A DNA stretch of 64,000 nt from a virus: positions 1 through 64,000 of the IMG/VR virus record IMGVR_UViG_3300046170_000371, one strand, 5' to 3'. Made by a program: the position numbers and the translations under genes. Every line of letters starts with the position of its first letter. Position 1 is the first letter of the stretch. Below the pieces are notes generated by a model. The model was not told the origin of the DNA and did no database searches. It saw only the letters and a list, made by a program, of their open reading frames with translations. Shown one piece after another: positions 8,707 through 19,367 of the stretch.

Positions 8707-9090
8707 ATGACTACTGGCTACATATATGTCATTGAGAACATTGTTCGAGACTTGGGAGGGTTTAAAGTTGGTATAACAACTAAGCCCTCACGTCGCTTTA
8801 AAGAGCTATCTATTGGCTTAAAAGCACTAGTTGTAGGACTGTGGGAAACCACTGACTACAAGCTCATAGAACGCAGTCTCCACGCTCAATACACTGACGC
8901 TAGAGTTCCTCAATCTGAATGGTTTGCTTTAACCACTAAAGAACTTGTAGACGTCATTAAATATTTGAACTCTATTGCGAATAACTTGCAGTTAATGCAT
9001 GACTTTCAACCACTGCACCCTACTATTGTTCCAACAATCAAACGTGTAAATTATCAAGCACCTTTGCCTAGTTGGCTGCACAGTTGTTAG
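8707..9090 (+). CDS. T5orf172/GIY-YIG family protein
   Basis: GYIYVI...FKVGIT...RRFKEL...ARVPQSEWF. Confidence 0.7.
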   Translation: MTTGYIYVIENIVRDLGGFKVGITTKPSRRFKELSIGLKALVVGLWETTDYKLIERSLHAQYTDARVPQSEWFALTTKELVDVIKYLNSIANNLQLMHDFQPLHPTIVPTIKRVNYQAPLPSWLHSC

Positions 9091-9395
9091 TGTTCGCTGA
9101 TATATTAAATATAGTTGGGAGCATTCCCTGCTCCTGACTGTTACTAAACAGGAGAAAAGAATGTCTAAAACTATTAAACGTGAATCGACTAAAGGATTTA
9201 TTCAACACCTTGAACACCAGCTGAAAGAACGTAAAGAAGCACGAGACTTCGAACGAGATTATAAAATTAGAACACAAGATTTAGACCTTTAAGTATATTT
9301 ACTTGTGTTCATTTGTAAACAATCAGGCTATGATTGTTAAGTAAGGTTAACCACACCTGAGTATTACCCAATAAACAAAACACCGCATTAATTCA

Positions 9396-10482
9396 ATGGC
9401 TTCAACAGTATTACAACGTCAATCTGGCGTTACTTCTAACTGGGAGCAGTTTTGCAAGTGGGTAACATCAACAGACAACCGCCTCTATGTGGGTTGGTTT
9501 GGCGTGTTGATGATTCCTACGTTGCTTGCTGCAACCATCTGCTTCATTATCGCCTTCGTTGGCGCACCCCCTGTAGATATCGATGGCATTCGTGAACCAG
9601 TTGCTGGATCGCTCCTTTACGGAAATAACATTATTTCAGGAGCAGTTGTCCCGTCTTCAAACGCAATCGGACTGCACTTCTATCCCGTCTGGGAAGCAGC
9701 CACTCTTGACGAATGGCTCTATAACGGCGGACCATTCCAGCTCGTTATCTTTCACTTCCTTATCGGTATCTTCGCTTACATGGGACGCGAATGGGAACTT
9801 AGCTACCGACTAGGTATGCGCCCCTGGATTTGCGTTGCTTACTCTGCACCCGTTGCAGCAGCATCCGCAGTCTTCCTCGTCTATCCCTTCGGTCAGGGTT
9901 CTTTCTCTGACGCAATGCCACTTGGCATCTCTGGCACATTCAACTACATGTTGGTGTTCCAAGCAGAGCACAACATCCTCATGCACCCCTTCCACATGCT
10001 GGGAGTAGCAGGTGTATTCGGTGGCTCACTGTTCTCTGCAATGCACGGCTCACTCGTTACCAGTTCATTGGTGCGTGAAACCACTGAAACTGAATCACAA
10101 AACTATGGCTACAAGTTCGGACAAGAAGAAGAGACCTACAACATCGTTGCCGCTCATGGCTACTTTGGTCGACTTATCTTCCAATACGCTTCTTTTAACA
10201 ACAGCCGTAGCCTTCACTTCTTCCTTGCTGCTTGGCCAGTGGTTGGTATCTGGTTTACAGCTCTTGGTGTTAGCACCATGGCTTTTAACCTCAATGGTTT
10301 CAACTTCAACCAGTCAATTGCAGACGGTCAGGGTCGAGTCCTCAACACGTGGGCAGACGTACTGAACCGCGCTGGTCTTGGGATGGAAGTGATGCATGAG
10401 AGAAATGCTCACAACTTCCCACTAGATTTGGCAGCTGCTGAATCTACACCCTGTGGCACTGATTGCACCTTCTATTGGTTGA
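9396..10482 (+). CDS. psbA: Photosystem II D1 protein (one indel near 10450)
   Basis: Unambiguous D1 sequence; removing one C restores the end [15 protein letters not shown]. Confidence 0.98.
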
Positions 10483-10657
10483 TTAATGCAGGAGCTGGGT
10501 TTTTCATCAGACGTACCGCTAGAGATTGCGGTAGCTGGCACTCAAATCTATGAAATAGACGGTGCTGGCACTAAATGGGCACCCACTAAAGGAACCCGCA
10601 AATATAACGCTGATGCTTTCATTGTCATCCGCAAACCTACACCTGTTATATCTTCGA

Positions 10658-10867
10658 ATGCTTGAACTGATTACTTATTACGTTATTGGTGGCGCACTGC
10701 TTATCGGTGCACCAGCAATCTTCTTTCTGATTGTTTTCATGCCTGCCCTGCAGAACACTAAAGGGCGCATGGTTGGTTACAAAGACCACAAAACATACGG
10801 TGATATCTCGTCTTATGAGAACGCACCTTCAGATCAAACGACCTTTTATCTGGAGTTATCACAATGA
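10658..10867 (+). CDS. Small single-TM protein between psbA and psbD
   Basis: [45 protein letters not shown]. Confidence 0.6.
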   Translation: MLELITYYVIGGALLIGAPAIFFLIVFMPALQNTKGRMVGYKDHKTYGDISSYENAPSDQTTFYLELSQ

Positions 10868-11919
10868 CAACCGCAACATTAACCGCACCTAAAAGAGGAT
10901 ACTTTGACCTTATTGACGACTGGCTTAAACGCGATCGCTTCGTCTTTATTGGCTGGTCTGGACTCCTACTTCTACCTACTGCTTATCTGGCCATTGGTGG
11001 CTGGCTTACTGGCACGACCTTTGTCACAAGCTGGTATACCCATGGGTTGGCGTCTTCTTACCTTGAGGGCGCTAATTTTCTCACGTCAGCTGTGTCAACG
11101 CCTGCTGATGCTATGGGTCATTCTCTTCTTTTACTTTGGGGTCCTGAGTCTCAGGGCGACTTCGTCCGCTGGTGTCAACTTGGAGGGCTTTGGGCCTTTG
11201 TTGCTCTCCACGGTGCATTTGCACTGATTGGTTTCATGCTTCGGCAATTCGAAATCAGCAGACTTGTCGGCATCCGTCCGTACAACGCAATTGCATTCTC
11301 TGGACCTATCGCTGTATTCGTCAGCGTATTCCTTATCTATCCACTAGGACAGAGCAGCTGGTTCTTCGCACCATCATTTGGTGTCGCAGCAATCTTTCGC
11401 TTCCTTCTGTTCCTACAAGGCTTCCATAACTGGACGCTCAATCCATTCCACATGATGGGAGTAGCTGGCATCCTCGGTGGTGCTCTGCTATCTGCCATTC
11501 ATGGCGTAACTGTAGAGAACACACTGTATGAAGACGGCGAACAGGCTAATACCTTTAAGGCATTTGATAGCACGCAAGAAGAGGAGACTTATTCGATGGT
11601 TACTGCCAATCGCTTTTGGTCGCAAATCTTCGGTATTGCTTTCAGTAATAAGCGCTGGCTTCACTTCTTTATGCTGTTTGTACCTGTTATGGGGCTATGG
11701 ACTAGCTCCATTGGTATTATCGGTCTGGCTCTTAATCTTCGTGCTTACGATTTTGTAAGCCAAGAGATACGAGCAGCAGAAGACCCTGAGTTTGAGACGT
11801 TCTACACGAAGAACATCTTGCTTAACGAAGGTCTGCGTGCATGGCTTGCACCAGTTGACCAACCTCACGAAAACTTCATCTTCCCAGAAGAAGTATTACC
11901 ACGAGGTAACGCACTATGA
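10864..11919 (+). CDS. psbD: Photosystem II D2 protein
   Basis: Full D2 sequence ending [10 protein letters not shown]. Confidence 0.98.
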   Translation: MTTATLTAPKRGYFDLIDDWLKRDRFVFIGWSGLLLLPTAYLAIGGWLTGTTFVTSWYTHGLASSYLEGANFLTSAVSTPADAMGHSLLLLWGPESQGDFVRWCQLGGLWAFVALHGAFALIGFMLRQFEISRLVGIRPYNAIAFSGPIAVFVSVFLIYPLGQSSWFFAPSFGVAAIFRFLLFLQGFHNWTLNPFHMMGVAGILGGALLSAIHGVTVENTLYEDGEQANTFKAFDSTQEEETYSMVTANRFWSQIFGIAFSNKRWLHFFMLFVPVMGLWTSSIGIIGLALNLRAYDFVSQEIRAAEDPEFETFYTKNILLNEGLRAWLAPVDQPHENFIFPEEVLPRGNAL

Positions 11920-11928
11920 TTCAGTCAA

Positions 11929-12165
11929 ATGATTAAACTTGCTCTACTATTAATCATTGCCTCACCAACAATGGCGGAAACTGAAGCACTTGCTAAATGG
12001 CCCACCTATTGTATTCGTTCAGTTGAAGAGAATTCTGACGGAACATACCTATTAGATATGCCTGGATGGCCTTATGGTATGGATGATCGTCCCTTTCTAG
12101 TTACAACTTTACAATATATAGATGATACTCCTCAATGCACACCAGACGACCCGCGAATGCAATGA
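11929..12165 (+). CDS. Small secreted hypothetical protein
   Basis: Signal peptide, Cys pair. Confidence 0.5.
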   Translation: MIKLALLLIIASPTMAETEALAKWPTYCIRSVEENSDGTYLLDMPGWPYGMDDRPFLVTTLQYIDDTPQCTPDDPRMQ

Positions 12166-12410
12166 TTAAATCACTACTCACTTTTATGTTCGCTGCTCTG
12201 ATGTGGGTGCAAGTCCCACAGTGGAGCGATGACTGGAGTAAGTGCGCTGTTGATGTGCCTGACGTTCAATGTCATTGGTACATCACAGCACCCGACAGCA
12301 CCATGGGCGTTGGCTTTAGCTGGGCTAATGCACCGTGGTTCTCTGCCGAAGGGCTAAGAGATGTTGGTAACTTAAAGAATACTGTTGAGTCTTTACAGAA
12401 AACATTATGA
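12162..12410 (+). CDS. Small membrane/secreted hypothetical protein
   Basis: MIKSLLTFMFAALMWVQVPQWSDDWSKCAVDVPD...CHWY. Confidence 0.55.
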   Translation: MIKSLLTFMFAALMWVQVPQWSDDWSKCAVDVPDVQCHWYITAPDSTMGVGFSWANAPWFSAEGLRDVGNLKNTVESLQKTL

Positions 12411-12573
12411 TTGAAACAATCAGCTTAAATGTGATGGAATTTGACCAACAACAACTAAACGATATTCGTGCTGCAGTTGTCTATTACATGCAGAGAAATA
12501 TATCTATCAGAAACCCCCGCTACGAGGAATATGAAGATATACTTAAGACACTTAACAAAACATTACATACAAA

Positions 12574-12765
12574 ATGACTACAGTTACAGAAGACGGCGGC
12601 AGAACAAATATCTACGCCAAAGAACCCACTATGTACTCACAGGAGATTACCGTGACCCACAACGAAAAAGCTGAAATGTTGAACGGCCGTTTAGCTATGC
12701 TCGGAGTAATTGCTGCCATCGGCGCATACGCAGTTACCGGACAGTTGATTCCTGGAATCTTCTGA
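12574..12765 (+). CDS. hli: High-light inducible protein
   Basis: AEMLNGRLAMLG...TGQLIPGIF. Confidence 0.95.
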   Translation: MTTVTEDGGRTNIYAKEPTMYSQEITVTHNEKAEMLNGRLAMLGVIAAIGAYAVTGQLIPGIF

Positions 12766-12792
12766 TTAAGTTAAACAATTGAATAGCCTTAT

Positions 12793-12826
12793 GCGCCCTA
12801 ACGGGCGCTATATTTATGAAGTGCCC
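12793..12826 (+). promoter_or_regulatory. Hairpin element, copy 6
   Basis: GCGCCC-TAAC-GGGCGC (12793-12808), 13 nt, TGCCC opening a second hairpin GCCC-GGCGATT-GGGC. Confidence 0.7.
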
Positions 12827-12862
12827 GGCGATTGGGCTTGAACACATATATCTCACAATCAA

Positions 12863-13030
12863 ATGGATATCTCACGCGAACAGCTTGACGAATTGACCAG
12901 TGTCATTGAAGACACAGTTGAGTACGCTTGCGACCAACAGATGCTGTCAGGCGAACTCGCTTGGACAGTCATTGAGTGCCTGGCTACAGCAAAGATTGCT
13001 GAGCTCAAAGGGGAGCTGGCTGCAGCTTGA
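12863..13030 (+). CDS. Small acidic hypothetical protein (55 aa)
   Basis: MDISREQLDELTSVIEDTVEYACDQQMLSGELAWTVIECLATAKIAELKG; follows element copy 6. Confidence 0.6.
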   Translation: MDISREQLDELTSVIEDTVEYACDQQMLSGELAWTVIECLATAKIAELKGELAAA

Positions 13031-13199
13031 TTGACACTGTAAAACTTGCAGACCTCTTCATGCACTTTGTAGAGCAGCTGCTTATTCAGCACGAAGCTGA
13101 AGACCCTTTGCGTGTCTATCAACTAGTAGCTGATAGATGCCAAGCACAAGCAAACCGTTTAGCAGCTGAAGACCCAGACCGCAATCGTTAACCACCTAT

Positions 13200-13232
13200 G
13201 CGCCCTAACGGGCGCTGTATTTCACTGTGCCC
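13200..13232 (+). promoter_or_regulatory. Hairpin element, copy 7
   Basis: GCGCCC-TAAC-GGGCGC (13200-13215), 12 nt, TGCCC opening the hairpin GCCC-TTAT-GGGC. Confidence 0.7.
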
Positions 13233-13263
13233 TTATGGGCTTATTCACTTACATATCACACAC

Positions 13264-13914
13264 ATGACCGTAACCTCTGCTCCTACATCCAACGCACTTG
13301 CTACCGAGCTCATCACCGAGATGGTTGGTAGCTCCAGCAGCGTTGACATGATGATTGGCATTGGCCTCAACAAAGAATCAGATGCTGTGTTCTTCCAGTA
13401 TCTGGGCGAAGAGCAGACTCCATCTGCCTTGATGCTTCCCTCTGGCAAGCCACTCACTCGTCTCGCCAACGTTCGTCTTGTTGGACTGACTGTTGCTGAC
13501 GGCGTCGGTGCATTCAATGCCACCAAGCTCAACGTCTACATCGAGTCCACTGCAGGTCGGCAAGTAATGCTTACCTCAGGTCTCAACACACTGTGGTCTC
13601 AGTACCTGGTGTCTGGCTTAATGGCTTGCTTCAACGAGTTCTCTCTTGACCAGACCTTCACCCTTGACACTTGGAAAGGTACTTCACAGATGCGTCCTTG
13701 CTTCTCTGCTATCCGTCAAGCGGGTAACAAGATGTCCTGTCAGATGCTGACTGACCAGCTCAAGGAAGCTAAGGCTGACCGTGACGCAGACCGCACTATC
13801 AAAATCATGCGTGACGCTGTTGAGATTATCAACAACTCTGTCACTGGTGGTGCTGTACAGCCTGTGTCTGTGTCTGAGCCTACTACCACTATCGAGGAAG
13901 CACTCGACTTCTGA
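13264..13914 (+). CDS. Hypothetical protein (acidic C-terminal tail ending in F)
   Basis: MTVTSAPTS...EEALDF; long ORF. Confidence 0.65.
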   Translation: MTVTSAPTSNALATELITEMVGSSSSVDMMIGIGLNKESDAVFFQYLGEEQTPSALMLPSGKPLTRLANVRLVGLTVADGVGAFNATKLNVYIESTAGRQVMLTSGLNTLWSQYLVSGLMACFNEFSLDQTFTLDTWKGTSQMRPCFSAIRQAGNKMSCQMLTDQLKEAKADRDADRTIKIMRDAVEIINNSVTGGAVQPVSVSEPTTTIEEALDF

Positions 13915-14074
13915 ATGCTTAGCTCAGCTGCGACTGAGTTACATGCAGCACATCGGTATCTAACTGGTGTGTTGCTTCATCTCAGTATTGATTCCGAGCA
14001 TATGACTGCTCGAAGACTCATTGAACTCATTGAGTATTTCCATAACCATCCAACTGAATACCTGGAGCTAATTC

Positions 14075-14299
14075 ATGCCACCGATTGACAAAGTACCTGA
14101 CTATGACGTGCTCGATGTCGTATTGCTGTGCCACGCAGCATTGGCCCAAGACTCACCAGAGTTTCCTACGGTCTATCTCAACCAGATACTCAACATCATG
14201 TTTGCTTATCTCACTATGGACCAGCGAAAGGAAGTCGAAGTCTACCTTGCTGAGAAGAAGTATCTGCCACCTTTGAAATTACATTTACCTAACACTTGA
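14075..14299 (+). CDS. Hypothetical protein
   Basis: ORF track; co-oriented within the gene run. Confidence 0.45.
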   Translation: MPPIDKVPDYDVLDVVLLCHAALAQDSPEFPTVYLNQILNIMFAYLTMDQRKEVEVYLAEKKYLPPLKLHLPNT

Positions 14300-14960
14300 T
14301 GAAAGACTACGACGTTGTCTATATAGATAAAGAAGGTGACAAGCAAGACTTTGTAGTCACCGCTACTGATACACGAGTAGCGATTAGCAACACAATCGAG
14401 CTCTGCCCTGATTGTCGTCGTGTTATTCGCTGCTCACCTAAACCAATGTTTGAAGATGACAATTAACCATCACGTAATCCTGACTGATAAAGAGCAATTG
14501 ATTGCCGTCCAAGCAATTGATTTCTTCTATCGCTACTTCAAAGGAACAATTGAATCTGATGACTTTGAACAAGGTCGTCTAGCTGCTCGTGAATACGGGC
14601 ACGAATCAATCAGTGATCTTGCTACCAAACTTGCTACCTCAAACTAATGTTCAAACTCAACACTGAAATGGAAGCAATCCCTGTGACTGCTCCCGAAATG
14701 CGTACTGTCTTCAATCCAAACACAATGGAGTCAGACACACATCTCGGCTATCAAGCTGAGATTCAGTACAAACGTAAGCCACCCTGCTACACGTTTGATT
14801 TATGTGCGGTCGACTTGACACAGTAAATGTCGGTGAACCTGTCATGATTTCATATCATATGGGTATGAAGTGTTACCAACACGCTCGACATTTAGTAATA
14901 TCAAATGATGAGAACTGTATCGGTGGTTTTTATTACACCGACGGAACACCTGCTTAATCA

Positions 14961-15308
14961 ATGATGAAAACTTACGAACTGTATGTATTTACTCAAGAGT
15001 CTTGTGCCCCTTGCACACGTCTCAAGGACCACGTCCAAACTCTCACGGAAGCTGAGCAAGCTGAACTGCACTTTGTGCCTCTTAAGACGGCCTCAGGCGC
15101 TCGTACGGCGCTTGCAGAGGAGTTATCGGTGGACCTCACACCAACGCTCGTTGTCGTACATGAGGAGGTCGCTTGCCAACTCGATGCCGATGGCGACGAA
15201 GACTGCGACTATGTCGAGCAATCAGTTGAAAGATTCGTTGGAGCTAACAGCATCATCGAACATCTACAAGCAACGCTAGACGCTTACACTTATGCACACC
15301 CTGAATGA
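14961..15308 (+). CDS. Thioredoxin/glutaredoxin-like protein
   Basis: FTQESCAPC (CxxC), LTPTLVV cis-Pro motif; lies near the RNR genes. Confidence 0.7.
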   Translation: MMKTYELYVFTQESCAPCTRLKDHVQTLTEAEQAELHFVPLKTASGARTALAEELSVDLTPTLVVVHEEVACQLDADGDEDCDYVEQSVERFVGANSIIEHLQATLDAYTYAHPE

Positions 15309-15679
15309 CAACAGCTAAATATGGAGTAATCCATTATCCAAAAGATAGTTATAGAGAAATCTGTGTCCCGGATGGCGCTGACAATATAGATATTGAAAGT
15401 CCTTATGCCTGGTACGAAGTAGATGATGATGCTATCTACATGGAAGTCCTTAACTTAAATCCAACCGATTACTGGGTTGGCTATTTCTTCTATAACGATA
15501 TGGAAGGTGCTGAAGATGCTTGTCCTGTTGAATGTAATACAAGAGAACATCTAGATGCTCACTGGCAATCTAATAGTGGAGGTGGTCACTATGACTGCAT
15601 TCGCTATGAACACCGAGTAAATGGTGATGTGATTGACACAATCAACCACAATTATTACGACCTTTATAACGAAGAATGA
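15305..15679 (+). CDS. Acidic hypothetical protein
   Basis: ORF with ATGA overlaps at both ends. Confidence 0.5.
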   Translation: MTTAKYGVIHYPKDSYREICVPDGADNIDIESPYAWYEVDDDAIYMEVLNLNPTDYWVGYFFYNDMEGAEDACPVECNTREHLDAHWQSNSGGGHYDCIRYEHRVNGDVIDTINHNYYDLYNEE

Positions 15680-15876
15680 CCCAATACGAACGCGAAGAAC
15701 TTATATTTGATTTAGCCCAACACAGAGTAAAGCAGTTATCACAAGCAGGGATATTCGCTATGGCGGTAGACCAAATGTGTGCACTACTTTCTCGTGAAAC
15801 TGATGAGCAACTGCTTAAAGTCTCACTGGGATATGAACCAACAAAAGATAAGAGTAAATCTGGTAAAGGATTTTAA
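15676..15876 (+). CDS. Hypothetical protein
   Basis: ORF ending in the cyanobacterial-like KGF terminus. Confidence 0.5.
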   Translation: MTQYEREELIFDLAQHRVKQLSQAGIFAMAVDQMCALLSRETDEQLLKVSLGYEPTKDKSKSGKGF

Positions 15877-16101
15877 ATGGCTAAAGCTAATGTAATATCA
15901 GCACGGGGTTCAATCCTTCGTGAAGATGGCAATGGATACTTTCGTGTTGAACTTGAAGACCCTGCAGGACATGTATGTCTATGCCGTGCTTCAGGTAAAC
16001 TAATTACACGTAAGATTCAACTACTTGTTGGTGACAGTGTCACCGTAGAACTCAGTCCTTACGACCTTGAACGTGGTCGTATTACCCTCAGAGAAAAATA
16101 A
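15877..16101 (+). CDS. infA: Translation initiation factor IF-1
   Basis: FRVELE...SGK...IQLLVGDSVTVELSPYDLERGRI matches IF-1. Confidence 0.85.
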   Translation: MAKANVISARGSILREDGNGYFRVELEDPAGHVCLCRASGKLITRKIQLLVGDSVTVELSPYDLERGRITLREK

Positions 16102-16542
16102 ATGTCACTACTAGAACAAGCACGCAAGTTCCGCGAAATCTTTAGTCAAGAAGTATTGCCTAATATTTCACGTTATGGTTTCATCAAAAAGAAACTATGG
16201 GATATGCAATCACGATTAATCAGAGAAGAAGCTGGTGAGTTTCTTGTAGCTGCTGATGAATGCTTTGCTGACCCCGAAGACCCTAGACGGCGAGAGGAGT
16301 TAGTCAAAGAATTATCAGATCTTGTCTTTGTTTGCTATCAGTTTGCTGCTACTTATAACATTGATTTAGATAAGGCAATGACCCTCGTCTTTGAATCTAA
16401 TCTCAGTAAACTAGATGAACAAGGAAAGCCAATCTACCGCGAAGACGGCAAGGTTTTAAAAGGACCTAACTATCAGCCACCAGACTTAGCTGATTGTCTC
16501 CCTCAACCACAACTTAACTACTACGATACAAATGGAAAATAA
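16102..16542 (+). CDS. mazG: MazG-like NTP pyrophosphohydrolase
   Basis: LIREEAGEF...KELSDLVFV...SNLSKL...REDGKVLKGPNY. Confidence 0.85.
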   Translation: MSLLEQARKFREIFSQEVLPNISRYGFIKKKLWDMQSRLIREEAGEFLVAADECFADPEDPRRREELVKELSDLVFVCYQFAATYNIDLDKAMTLVFESNLSKLDEQGKPIYREDGKVLKGPNYQPPDLADCLPQPQLNYYDTNGK

Positions 16543-17954
16543 TGTCATTGCCCGGACTGGAAGAGTTCAAAACTGGATTGATGACCCTGAGTTCACGACT
16601 GCCTGTCAGCTGCACAGTCTTTGTTGTTGAAGACAGTATGGAAGGACCCAACGGCATCGAAGCCAGCTGGCGATTTGTCAGCCATGCTCTACGATTTGGA
16701 GCAGGAGTTGCAGTCCATCTCTCTAAGATTAGACCTGCTGGCACAGATAACGGGTCAGGACTCGTTGCGAGTGGCCCGTGCTCATTTGGAAAAATCTATA
16801 GTTGTCCTTAACGAACAACTCAGACGCGGAGGCGTATACAAAAACGGAGCAGTAGTTCTGCACCTTGACCTCAATCATCCAGACATCCTGGACTTTATTG
16901 ATATGCCTAGGAATGAAATCCCTTGGGCTAAACGCTGTATTGACTTGTCTCCTGTTATGTGGGACATGGCAAACCCTGTCGTTAAAGAAGCAATCCTTAA
17001 AGGCATTGCACGTGGTGACATCTGGCTTGCCAAAATCAAAAGAGATCAAAAAGGCGAACGGATTTACGCGAACGTGTGCCTCGAAGTCTTCCTTAAGAGC
17101 CGTGGCACTTGTCTCTTAGAACACATCAACGTAAGTGCTTGTACTCCAGAAGAACTTGCCTGCTGCATTTACTGCAGGCATGGCAGAGCTTTGTGCACTG
17201 CATCCAACGACTGGTGTTGAGAAAACTGGCGAGTATCTTTCTCAAGAAGAAGACCGTCAAGTTGGTCTCGGCATGCTTGGACTAGCCAACTTGCTTGCGC
17301 TGGAAGGAGTTACCTATGCTGAATTTGGTGAAGCATTGACTGCTAATAACTATCCTGAAGGCGATTACATTACGACTCCAGCTGCACGTAAAATAGTTAC
17401 ACAGCTTCAAGCAGGAATTGATGCAGCAGCAGAAGTAGCACGAGCCGCCAACATGGACCGTGCCTTCGCTATTGCTCCCACTGCCTCTTGTAGTTACCGT
17501 TACACAGACCGAGCTGGCTATACCACCGCCCCCGAACTTGCACCGCCAATCGGGCGCACAGTGGATAGGGACAGCTCTACATTCGGTGTCGAAACTTTCG
17601 ACTACGGAGATGTTGAAACAGCTGAATCTGTTGGCTGGGACAACTATCGCCGTGTAGTTGATGGAATCATGGAAATGATTAATCGCACTGGCCTAGCGCA
17701 TGGCTATAGCTTCAACTCATGGAGCGACGTTGTTCAGTACGACGACGACTTTATTGAAGCATGGCTTGATTCTCCACAGACTTCGCTGTACTACAGCTTG
17801 CAAGTCATGCAGAACACGCAAGGCAAAAGATGATGCACTAGCAGCACTTGACGGTAACTTCGGTGAGATGTTCGGCTTTAATGACGACGACGCCGATGAT
17901 GACATCATTAATGTATTTAATGACCCAGCAGCCTGTGTTGGCTGCGCTGAATAA
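16532..17954 (+). CDS. nrdA: Ribonucleotide reductase large subunit (cyanophage podo/sipho type; several indels)
   Basis: IARTGRVQNW...RLPVSCTVF...ANVCLE...AIAPTASCS...C-terminal CVGCAE; ORF fragments 16542, 16621, 17135, 17700 join. Confidence 0.85.
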
Positions 17955-17971
17955 ACCCTATACCTAATCCA

Positions 17972-18704
17972 ATGAAAGCAGAAACTCCTTACATTCATCT
18001 TCACCAGCGCAAGCGTACCTGGACTCCTGTCCAAGTATCTGCTGGTCAGCTACTTAATGGTGGCGAAGAAGTCATTCAACGAGCACTAGCACTTCGTTGC
18101 CTTGAAATCCCAGTGGGTGACTTTATTAGCGATGCTATGAAAGGTGACCTACCTGATGTGAAAGGTTGCAAGGAGTTGCTTGCTTCTAACGTTGTTGATG
18201 AAGAAAACCATGATATTGCCCTTAACTATGCAGCTGCTGCACATGGAGTTTCCTCCCGGTTTGAGAAGGAAGCTGCACACATTTGCAAGACCTGGCTTGA
18301 GCTGGACCGTCATCCAGTTCTCAAAGCTGTTGTACTGGAAAGATCCGTCTTCTTTGTCTTACTGCCCATCTTCCGATTCCTCGGAGATACAGGATTACGC
18401 ACCACAAGCGCTGACATCAGCCGAGACGAGCAAACCCACGTTGCTGCCAACACGCTTGTATGTGAAGCGCTCGGTCTTAAATCTGACAAGACCCTCAACA
18501 ATCTCCGCCGCGCTACGGTCGCGTGGTGCCTTCAGTCCCTCAAAGGGGGAAGCTGATCACAAGCATCTGTCCAGTAACTTCTGGCTTGCAAGTTCAGATT
18601 CTCTCTACACAAGAGGGAAAGCTGAAGGTCTAGCTGAAACACGTGCAAGCCGTATGCCTGCATTCTTCGAGACTGCCAATCAAAACTTACCACAATATGC
18701 TTAA
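17972..18704 (+). CDS. nrdB: Ribonucleotide reductase small subunit (ferritin-like; one indel near 18548)
   Basis: DEENH and DEQTH ExxH pairs; adjacent to the large subunit. Confidence 0.8.
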
Positions 18705-19367
18705 GAAAAAAGAATTAGCTAAACGCTTATATAAAGCTTACGAATTACATCTCGCTTCATTAGATACATCAGCACTGTATGATTTAACTGAAGAGCTATC
18801 AAGTGGTTGCATCGTCAATCACTTGAATGATGTGACTGTTGATGAGCTAAAAACTTATGTGAGACAAACATTCATTCACTCTCACCCTCCTATGTACTTG
18901 ATTAGTCCAAGCACTACTCCTCAAGTCACTACCTCTAAGCGTAGCGCTGTACTAACTAAACTAAAATCTATTTTTAAATGACACCTATACTTGAATTTAC
19001 TGGCAAAGATAAACAAAAGATTCAAATCCTTGAGCAAGAACTTGACCTAGAAAAATTTGATGACAAAGGATTGCCTGCTGATACCCATATGGTTACATAT
19101 GAAATCGAAGACAAGACTTTAATTGATGCTGTCCGTGCTTACAATAAGGTTGATATCTTTGATGCTTACTTTGATAAGCTTAAAGGACACTGGCAAAGTA
19201 GTAAAGATACAGTCTGGCTACGGCAATGTCCGACCAAACTTATACGGCAAGATTAAATCGACGATGACTAAACAAGACTACATTGACAAACTCGTTACTA
19301 TTGTTAAGCAGAAAGCAGAACACTGTACTGTCAAACAACTGCGAGTCTTAATTAACTCCTATAAATA

